A stretch of 40,148 nt of DNA, taken from positions 1-40,148 of IMG/VR virus record IMGVR_UViG_3300012921_000055; one strand, written 5' to 3'. The stretch's first letter is position 1; every line of letters starts with the position of its first letter. Shown one piece after another: positions 26,102-32,751 of this stretch. A program made the position numbers and the translations under genes. Source of the stretch: a virus (lineage: Duplodnaviria > Caudoviricetes). The notes below the pieces were generated by a model that saw only the letters and a program-made list of their open reading frames with translations, had not been told where the DNA came from and searched no databases.

Positions 26102-28249
26102 TCAGTCGTCGCGCGACCAGATCAGGTCGTCGCCTGGGCGACTTTGCCGACGGCGGCGGCGCCGTCCCTTGGCGGGCGGCGGCGGCATCGCCGGCAGAGC
26201 GCCGGGGGCTTCGGAGGTGTCGTCGGTCTCGGAGGGCGCGGCGGGTGAGCTGGCCGCGCCGACCTCATCGGCATGTGCGTTCAACTTGAACCCCATCTGC
26301 ATCAGGCCCCGGAGGGCGGCGTATGCGTAGACGCGGCAGTCGAGGCCCTCGTTGGCGCGGCCGGCTATGGGCTGCCAGACGAAGTATCGCTGCCCGCCCT
26401 CGACTTTTGCGACCAGCCGCTCCGCGGTGATCTGCATGAACCAGTCGAAGTCCCGGTCGGCGGGATAGTGCATGTAGCCGGGGCCCGGCCGGGTGATCTG
26501 GAGCCGGGTCGAAACGACGTCCTTGCCGGTCTGCGTCCCGATGATGAAGGGCTTGAACCTGTCGCGCTTCGAGCGCTTCGGCTTGATTGCAGGCCAGATC
26601 GGCGAACGCTTGCCCGCCGTGTCGCTGGCCCCTTTGATCGCCCAGATCTGACGGCCGAGGCGCTCCTTCGAGAACTGGTAGACGGCGTCGGTGTGGTGGC
26701 CGCCCGAGTCCTGACAGGCCGCGGCGATCCGCATCTCCCTGCCGCTCGGCGTTCGGAAGACGCTCAGCAGATATGCGTCGAGCTTCGCCTTCGTGCCCGG
26801 ATCGTCAAACGCGCCGGGGATGATCTTATACTCGATGGACCACGACTCTTCGTCGCGGCCCCAGCCGACGACCTCGATCTCGACCCGGTCGTCTTGCGTG
26901 TCGATGCCCGCGGTGATGAGGGCGACACCGTCGGAGGCGTGACCCTCCGTCCAGTTCTCCCGCCTCGCTGCGAGCGTCTCGGCGGCGACTTCCTTCCCGG
27001 CGTGGCGCCGGAAGGGCAGGCCCATTTGGGTGTTCGTCCAGACCTGCAGCTTTTCGTCATCGCCCAGAGCGTCGAGGAATTTCTTGACGATGCGCTTCGG
27101 CGCATCCTTCCGGGTCCATGGGCTGAAGAGCTTGCCGGCCTGAAAGCTGGCGTGTTGGTTTGGAACCGCCCACTCGCCGCAGCCCCGGCACTTCGCCCGG
27201 TAGACCGCCCAGCGCGAGCCCTGCCACCAGTCCCAGACCTGATCGACCGGCTTCTCCGCCCCGGCCTGCGCCAACGAGGCGTAGGCTTCGAGCGGGATCT
27301 GGCGCTCGCCGCAGCAGATGAAGGGGCGGGTCTGGTGCCAGCGGATGGTCTGGAGGGCGCGAAGGCGCTCGCCTTCGCTCCAGCCGACGCCGCAGCCCTC
27401 GCAGAACACCTGCGCCGTCTCGTGCTTGTGGACCTTCTCGAAGCCCTCGGCCTCGACCTTCTCCCACTGGACGTGGCGCCATTCGAGGAACTGACGGTGA
27501 TCGCAGTGCGGGCACTCGACCGAGGCCCGGCGCTGGTCGCCGTCCAGATAGCTGGTCTCGATCCGGCTCTCGCCCGAAAGGGTGGGAGAGCAGACCCGGA
27601 CGCTCAGCGGGTTCGAGAACGTGGCCTGCCGCTCGTCGCCCAGGGCGAGGGGGTCGCCTTCCTTGGTGACGGGGTATTTATCGACCTCGTCGTAGAGCGT
27701 CAGCCGGATCGGCCGTCGCGCGAGGTTGTCGGGAGAGCCCGCGCCGACGAGCGCGAGGAAGCCGCCCGGATAGGCCTTGTAGAGCAGCGTGTCCTCGGAC
27801 TTCCGCGTGTGGCGGTGGCCGACCAGCGCCTTCAGCACCGGCGTCACCCGGACCATCGGGGCGATGCGTTCCTTCGAGAACGCCTCGGCCGCGTCTTCCT
27901 TCGGCTGAACCAGCAAGATCGGGCAGGGGTCGAGGTGGGCGTGATAGCCGAAGATGTTCTCCAGCAGCGCCGTCTTCAGCAGCTGGGTCGAGACCATGCA
28001 GGTGAGGATCTCGACGCCGGGCTCGGTCACCGCGAGCATCGGCCCGCGGGCGATCTCCACCGTCGAGGTCTTCCACTTCCCGGAGCTGCTGCCGGCTTCC
28101 GGCGCGAGGTAGCGGAACTCGTCAGCCCACTCGGGCAGGCTAAGCCGGGGCGGCGGGCGCCATGCCTTGAACGCCGTCAGCCTCAGACGATTGATCTTGT
28201 CCGAACGGGTCGCCGGGTTCGCCCAATTCGGTGAGGTGCTGGTGGACAT
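26102..28249 (-). CDS. terL: Terminase large subunit (lambda gpA family)
   Basis: WAD, STQLLKT P-loop variant, YDEVDKY Walker B, CPHC, AGIDTQ, DSGG and NEGLDCRVYA. Confidence 0.95.
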   Translation of the reverse strand: MSTSTSPNWANPATRSDKINRLRLTAFKAWRPPPRLSLPEWADEFRYLAPEAGSSSGKWKTSTVEIARGPMLAVTEPGVEILTCMVSTQLLKTALLENIFGYHAHLDPCPILLVQPKEDAAEAFSKERIAPMVRVTPVLKALVGHRHTRKSEDTLLYKAYPGGFLALVGAGSPDNLARRPIRLTLYDEVDKYPVTKEGDPLALGDERQATFSNPLSVRVCSPTLSGESRIETSYLDGDQRRASVECPHCDHRQFLEWRHVQWEKVEAEGFEKVHKHETAQVFCEGCGVGWSEGERLRALQTIRWHQTRPFICCGERQIPLEAYASLAQAGAEKPVDQVWDWWQGSRWAVYRAKCRGCGEWAVPNQHASFQAGKLFSPWTRKDAPKRIVKKFLDALGDDEKLQVWTNTQMGLPFRRHAGKEVAAETLAARRENWTEGHASDGVALITAGIDTQDDRVEIEVVGWGRDEESWSIEYKIIPGAFDDPGTKAKLDAYLLSVFRTPSGREMRIAAACQDSGGHHTDAVYQFSKERLGRQIWAIKGASDTAGKRSPIWPAIKPKRSKRDRFKPFIIGTQTGKDVVSTRLQITRPGPGYMHYPADRDFDWFMQITAERLVAKVEGGQRYFVWQPIAGRANEGLDCRVYAYAALRGLMQMGFKLNAHADEVGAASSPAAPSETDDTSEAPGALPAMPPPPAKGRRRRRRQSRPGDDLIWSRDD

Positions 28250-28820
28250 GGGCGGTCAGCACCTCCGTCACCTTGTCGACCGGCACGTCGAGGTCGGCCG
28301 CGATGAGCGGGCCGACGCGAGAGGCGAAGTTCAGCCATGCGTTCCGCTGGTGGCGGAACATGTCGAACAGGACCGCCTCGGCGTCCGCGAGTTCGATCAC
28401 CTCGCCCGAGCGCTTCCGCGCCTCGATCATGCGGATGGCGGCCAGGCCGTTTTCCTTGATCGTCTGGGCCGTGATCAGGTCGACGGTTCGCCCTTCGGAC
28501 AGGCCCGCCATGAAGTCGAGGATGGTCTTCGCCGCCTCGTCGCCCTGCGCCGCGGCTTCCTCCAGATCGCCCACCATCGCAGGGGGCAGCGCGGCAACCT
28601 TCGCGGCAACCGGCTCGGGGGCCGTGGTTGCCGTCCGGCGCGCCTTGGTGGCCGAGTCCGCGAAGCGGCCGACGCCGGCATGCGCGAGGCTCTGGTCGGA
28701 CGCCTCCACGTCGACCTTCCCATCCTTCAAACGCAATAGCCCACGGGCCTGCCACTTCTGAGCGGCGGCCTTCGAGACCCCGTGAAGTTTGGCGTAGCCG
28801 GAGACCGAGGTGAGCGTCAT
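28140..28820 (-). CDS. terS: Terminase small subunit (Nu1-like)
   Basis: N-terminal wHTH (SGYAKLHGVSKAAAQKW...GKVDVEASD); GGAGG SD; immediately upstream of terL. Confidence 0.85.
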   Translation of the reverse strand: MTLTSVSGYAKLHGVSKAAAQKWQARGLLRLKDGKVDVEASDQSLAHAGVGRFADSATKARRTATTAPEPVAAKVAALPPAMVGDLEEAAAQGDEAAKTILDFMAGLSEGRTVDLITAQTIKENGLAAIRMIEARKRSGEVIELADAEAVLFDMFRHQRNAWLNFASRVGPLIAADLDVPVDKVTEVLTAHVHQHLTELGEPGDPFGQDQSSEADGVQGMAPAAPA

Positions 28821-28920
28821 GGCAACCTCCGGCAACCGGCAACCGGGTTTCAGCCCCATAGCTGCGAAACATATGCGCCCTGCCCGACCGTATTGGGTCG
28901 GCGGGGGCCGGGAAGAACCT
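28821..28920 (-). other. Putative cos site (cosQ-, cosN- and cosB-like elements)
   Basis: Minus strand AGGTTCTT...ATACG-GTCGGGCAGGG-CGCAT resembles the lambda cosQ/cosN layout; GGCAACC x3 at 28821, 28831, 28838 just before terS. Confidence 0.55.
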
Positions 28921-29002
28921 ATGCCCTGGGGGGGGTGGGCCACCCTACCGAAGTCAAGCGCGACTGGTTCTCACCTGTCGCTTTCCGGTCTGGCCTCAAC
29001 CT

Positions 29003-29100
29003 CGACCGGCTGCCTTGACCGGGGTGTAACCGGCGTCGGCCTTGAGGGCCTAGCCCGGTTAACCGCCAAAACCGGATCAGTCAAGAGGGGCAGCCGGTCG
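29003..29100. other. Long imperfect hairpin (~98 nt)
   Basis: CGACCGGCTGCC/GGCAGCCGGTCG, CTTGAC/GTCAAG, TAACCGG/CCGGTTA and GGCC/GGCC nested. Confidence 0.6.
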
Positions 29101-29149
29101 CCCCCTCAATGGTGGCGGGCATTTGGCGGGCAGACGGGGCGTTTCACTC

Positions 29150-29251
29150 TGTGACTCGTCACAACCCGTCACGCTGTCACGGGGCTGCTAAGCCGTTGAT
29201 GTTGCGAGGGTGACACGTTCGGACTGTCCCGATGTGTCCCGTTCTGTCCCG
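29150..29251 (+). repeat. GTCAC-rich repeat copy A plus three TGTCCCG repeats at 10-bp period
   Basis: tgtgactcgtcacaacccgtcacgctgtcacggggct at 29150-29186; TGTCCCG at 29225, 29235, 29245. Confidence 0.8.
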
Positions 29252-29275
29252 ACGGGAAAGGATCTGGCTTCCGGC

Positions 29276-29536
29276 CTATTCCGGTTCGTTCCGGGTCAGC
29301 TTGGCGCAGGTGTCCGCGATCCTCGGGTCAACGTCACGCTCGCAGACGCCTAGGCGGCCAGCCTGATAGACCGTGCGCAGCTCTTCCCATTGCCGGTCGG
29401 TGTCGTGTCTGCGCTCCAGCGTCAGCGCGATGGGGACCACCGTCATCATGACGAGAGCAGCGACCACCGCGAGCGCGATCAGCCCTGTGGCCGGCGCGGC
29501 GCTGTAGCGCCGCTCTGGTGGGGGAGAGGTTGGCAT
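29276..29536 (-). CDS. Small single-TM hypothetical protein
   Basis: 86 aa with a clear TM segment (LIALAVVAALVMMTVVPIAL) and a C-terminal Cys pair. Confidence 0.6.
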   Translation of the reverse strand: MPTSPPPERRYSAAPATGLIALAVVAALVMMTVVPIALTLERRHDTDRQWEELRTVYQAGRLGVCERDVDPRIADTCAKLTRNEPE

Positions 29537-29553
29537 GGGCCCTCATGGGTGGG

Positions 29554-29609
29554 TCGCATCGGCGGCGAGGGTCGCTCGCGCTTCCAGCCCCGGCAGGGGA
29601 CCGACGCGA
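29554..29609 (-). ncRNA. Candidate structured RNA element 3 (multibranch)
   Basis: TCGCGTCGG/CCGATGCGA closing stem (G-U on minus strand) enclosing CCCC/GGGG and GCGAG/CTCGC hairpins. Confidence 0.45.
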
Positions 29610-29614
29610 TAGGG

Positions 29615-29761
29615 TCATGCAGGCCGGGCGCTAATCCGGCTCTGGGGTCACTGGCACTCAGGAACCGCTAATATCCCCAGCCATCCGCCTCCGGTCAGGG
29701 CTTCGCCCACCCGGTCAGCTAATGCCTGAATGGCGGGTCTGCTTTCCCCGCCGCTGCATGA
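29615..29761 (-). ncRNA. Candidate tRNA-shaped ncRNA with a large inserted domain (element 2)
   Basis: TCATGCAG/CTGCATGA closing stem, GGCGGG-GAAAGCAGA-CCCGCC arm, GCCGG-ATTAGCGC-CCGGC arm, ATTCAGG/CCTGAGT and CTGGGG/CCCCAG helices. Confidence 0.6.
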
Positions 29762-29795
29762 TGACAAGCCCGATGCCGAGGCAGAGCGGGAACGA

Positions 29796-29871
29796 TGGAG
29801 CTAGGCCAGGGGATTGCACCCCAGATAACGCCCTCACGGGCCGTAGCGTTGAAGGATCGGTGCGGCCTAGC
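29796..29871 (-). ncRNA. 76-nt tRNA-like RNA (non-canonical; no D-stem or anticodon loop)
   Basis: GCTAGGC/GCCTAGC acceptor, U discriminator, CCA, TGGGG-TGCAATC-CCCTG T-arm and GCCC-GTGA-GGGC GNRA hairpin. Confidence 0.65.
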
Positions 29872-30415
29872 GCCCGCCCCTGAACTTGCGAGCTTCGGCC
29901 TCCAGCTTCGACCCCCAGCTTTCGGCGCTGACGGTCTGCGGCGGCGTGTCGTCCCCTTGTAGGGGCAACCCCTTGGCGTGGGCGAGCAGGACGCGGGCGA
30001 AGGTGTCGAGGCAGGTGAGCGGCTGGCCCTTGCCGTCGGTGACGTCCCAGCCCAGCGCTTCCCAGAGTGGGCGCTGGACCTCGAACGGCTCAGACAGCAC
30101 GACGAAGTGCAGACCCCAATCGTCCGCCGCGTTCAGCTGGTCGTAAACGAACTGGCGATCCTCGCTGATCTCAGCGTCGTCGTCGTCATCGTAGGGGTCG
30201 TTCTCGTCGTAGAGCGCCCAGAAGCGCTCGGGGTAGTGGAACCACGTCTGCTCTTCGGTGCGGCCGAAGTTCTCGGCGGAGTAGCGCAGGGTGCGCTCAA
30301 CCAGATCGTCGTTCTCTGGCGCCCAATGCCGGTTAGGCAGGTTCATGCCGCGCTCGATGGCGGCGATGCCAGGCAGATCGATGAGACGTTTTAGGGCGGG
30401 CTGGCTCACAGGCAC
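29867..30415 (-). CDS. Acidic orphan protein in the late leader
   Basis: 182 aa with coding-like codon usage; Trp/Asp-rich; start uncertain. Confidence 0.7.
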   Translation of the reverse strand: MPVSQPALKRLIDLPGIAAIERGMNLPNRHWAPENDDLVERTLRYSAENFGRTEEQTWFHYPERFWALYDENDPYDDDDDAEISEDRQFVYDQLNAADDWGLHFVVLSEPFEVQRPLWEALGWDVTDGKGQPLTCLDTFARVLLAHAKGLPLQGDDTPPQTVSAESWGSKLEAEARKFRGGR

Positions 30416-30546
30416 AGTTCCGTTTCGTGGAGAACGACCACCGAAATATCGGCTGAGTCGTCTCCCGGGTCGCCCTCCCCCTTTGGGGATCTGTTCGAAC
30501 TAGAGCGGTGGCCGCACTGCAGTGCCGAAGCACATGGTGTAGCCTG

Positions 30547-30574
30547 ACGATACATGGATGGCCGAAAACCGCAA
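30547..30574 (-). promoter_or_regulatory. Candidate late promoter (pR'-like)
   Basis: TTGCGG-16 bp-TATCGT just after the antiterminator stop; 12-bp palindrome GCACTGCAGTGC at 30514-30525 downstream. Confidence 0.35.
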
Positions 30575-30584
30575 GATGCTGTGG

Positions 30585-31310
30585 TCATGCCGCTTCCTGA
30601 TCCTCCACAGCCGCGATCTGGTCGGCCTTGATATCCATGCGGCCCTTGTAGGTGCCGACGAGCTGGACCCGGACGCGGTCGCCACTGATATCGATGACCT
30701 TCCCCATCGCCTCCGCGAAGGGACCACCGATGACCCGGATGAGCTGCTCGGCGCTGTAGGCCGGCTTCTTCTTCTCGGTGTGGTCGAACAGGCCAGCCGA
30801 CTCGAGGGCGGCGATCTGAAGCAGCGACCACGGGTCGATCTGCGCCCGCTTGCCGCCCACCTCGACCATGCCGCTGATGCCGGACACCCGCTCAACGTCG
30901 TGGAAGGTCTGCCGGGCCGGACGGTCATTCAGGAACCAGAGGCCGACGAACAGGTAGCCGACGAACAGCGGGCGCTCGATCAGGCGCTTCCGGCCCTTGC
31001 TCCAGTGATATCGGCGCTCCAGCGGTATGTAGGCGGTGATCCGGCGCTCTTTCAGACCATCGATGGTCTTCCGTTCGCTCATGGGTTCGCAGCGCGCGAT
31101 GAACCACCGCAGCTCCTCGCTCGCGGTCCCGGCGGCCTCGACTTCGGCCACGGAGACCCGCAGAGCCGAGACGTCGGTCACCATCTCCTTCGCCAGCGCC
31201 AGAGCAGCGTCGGCCGCGGCGGCAGCGCGGATCGACTGCTCGGCCGCCTTAACGGCGGCCTGGGCTTTCCGGTTCGCCTTTTTCCGTTGGCGTGAGAGAG
31301 CGCGGCCCAT
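30585..31310 (-). CDS. NusG-family transcription antiterminator (phage paralog, Q position)
   Basis: NGN domain (RWFIARCEPMSE...AYIPL...RPLFVGYLFV) and KOW (LIRVIGGPFAEAMGKV). Confidence 0.9.
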   Translation of the reverse strand: MGRALSRQRKKANRKAQAAVKAAEQSIRAAAAADAALALAKEMVTDVSALRVSVAEVEAAGTASEELRWFIARCEPMSERKTIDGLKERRITAYIPLERRYHWSKGRKRLIERPLFVGYLFVGLWFLNDRPARQTFHDVERVSGISGMVEVGGKRAQIDPWSLLQIAALESAGLFDHTEKKKPAYSAEQLIRVIGGPFAEAMGKVIDISGDRVRVQLVGTYKGRMDIKADQIAAVEDQEAA

Positions 31311-31642
31311 CAGACTTTACCTTTCGCAACCTGCCTGCACCCCCGGCAGCGCCGGGGCGGGCTTTTGGCCGGCAGGACCACCCACGCTCGGAAGGGCTCA
31401 GCGCAGCGAGCGCAGAGGGTCAACCAGTGCGATGAGATGCATGGGGTGCCGTCTCGCCTCTCGGCGTCCTTGGCGGCGGCCAGCTCGTATCGCTGACCGT
31501 GGAACATGACGACCGTGCTGATGGGCGGAGCTTCGGCGAACCCGAAGCCCTGCGGCACGGCGTCAGGGATGCGGCGGCGGCCCGTGACAGGTTGTGACAT
31601 GTCACAAGTCGTCACGCTGTCACGCGGGGCTAGATCAGCCAT
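31310..31642 (-). CDS. Hypothetical Zn-ribbon protein
   Basis: CARC...CRGC; overlaps the helicase stop and abuts the nusG-like start. Confidence 0.6.
   Translation of the reverse strand: MADLAPRDSVTTCDMSQPVTGRRRIPDAVPQGFGFAEAPPISTVVMFHGQRYELAAAKDAERRDGTPCISSHWLTLCARCAEPFRAWVVLPAKSPPRRCRGCRQVAKGKV
31583..31631 (+). repeat. GTCAC-rich repeat copy B (candidate replication origin iterons)
   Basis: cgtgacaggttgtgacatgtcacaagtcgtcacgctgtcacgcggggct immediately after the helicase gene. Confidence 0.7.
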
Positions 31643-32751
31643 ATCAGGTCGCCCTCCATGCGGGTTCGGCGCTTGGCCTTCAGGCCGAGCAGGGAGCGGT
31701 GGAGGCGCTGGCGGTAGGTCTCGTCCTTCTCCCCCTCGACCCGCAGGCCGATGACCTCGGCCCGCTCGCTCACGTCTTTCCGGCGAACACACTTCGTCCC
31801 GACCCGGACGCCCAGGGCGGTCGGCGGCGCGTCCTGCGTTGCCCCGTTGTCGATGACCCACCGGACGGCTTCGAGCGTAACGGTCTCGTGGTTGTTCAGG
31901 GCCTTGTTCCGCTTCTGCGGGGTCAGGGTGTCGGATGCGCCCTCATAGGTGACCGTGCACGACCAGACCTCGTCGCCGTCTTCATCGATCAGACCGATGG
32001 GAGCGGGCTGGAGGGAGAAGGCGATCACGTCGCCGTCCCTGCCGTTCTTGACCTTGTCGAGGGTGATGGTCCGGTGATCCGGCATGTCCTCGTCGCGCTT
32101 CACCGAGACGATGGCGTCGGCAGCGCCGATCAGGCCCGACCAACCCCGGATGCCGCGGGCGTCATCCTTCCCGTGGTGGGCGACGATCATGGCGAGGCAG
32201 TCGAAGTCCCGGCTGATGGCCTGAATGGCCTTCAGCCCCAGCCCCATGTCTGAGCTGCTGTTCTCGTCCGAGCCGGGCATGCACTGCGCCAGCGTGTCGA
32301 ACACCACCGCGCCAAGGTCGAAGTCGTTGTCGTTGAACTCCGAGACCGTGTTGCGGATGGCCTCGCGGAGGTCATCGACCGCCGAGGGGTCCGCCAGATC
32401 GACACCACCGTCGAAGAGAACGAACGGCGTGTAGCTCTCGCGGGGAAACCGCTTGCGCCATGCCTCGACCCGCGTCCGGCAGCCGGCCGCGTCCTCGGCC
32501 GCGACGTAGATCACCCCCATGTGCTTCGTCCGGCGGCCCATGACAGTGGCCCCGCAGGCGATCTTGAGGGTGTGGTCGAGGACGACGAACGTCTTGCCGG
32601 CCTTCGACTGCCCGGAGATGAAGGCAACCCCGCGCCGGGGGTAGAGGTCTTTCGTCAGGTAGGTCGAGACCGACGGCTGGATCTCGGCGAACCGCTCGAT
32701 GATGAAGCGAGGACGCTGGGCGACTACGCGGAAGGGGATAGGCTCACTCAC
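31630..32751 (-). CDS. RepA-like SF4 helicase (AAA_25)
   Basis: GQSKAGKT Walker A, YVAAE, VVFDTLA, DENS, HHGKD..RG and DKVKNG motifs; GTG start overlapping the primase stop. Confidence 0.92.
   Translation of the reverse strand: MSEPIPFRVVAQRPRFIIERFAEIQPSVSTYLTKDLYPRRGVAFISGQSKAGKTFVVLDHTLKIACGATVMGRRTKHMGVIYVAAEDAAGCRTRVEAWRKRFPRESYTPFVLFDGGVDLADPSAVDDLREAIRNTVSEFNDNDFDLGAVVFDTLAQCMPGSDENSSSDMGLGLKAIQAISRDFDCLAMIVAHHGKDDARGIRGWSGLIGAADAIVSVKRDEDMPDHRTITLDKVKNGRDGDVIAFSLQPAPIGLIDEDGDEVWSCTVTYEGASDTLTPQKRNKALNNHETVTLEAVRWVIDNGATQDAPPTALGVRVGTKCVRRKDVSERAEVIGLRVEGEKDETYRQRLHRSLLGLKAKRRTRMEGDLIWLI

Noticed and set aside
28928-28935. G8 homopolymer as a phase-variation tract
   Set aside because: Non-coding once the terS start is placed at 28820; more simply part of the cos-proximal sequence
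29796-29871. Canonical tRNA-Gly(GCC) call
   Set aside because: No D-stem and no 7-nt anticodon loop, and a GNRA hairpin fits better; kept as tRNA-like ncRNA only
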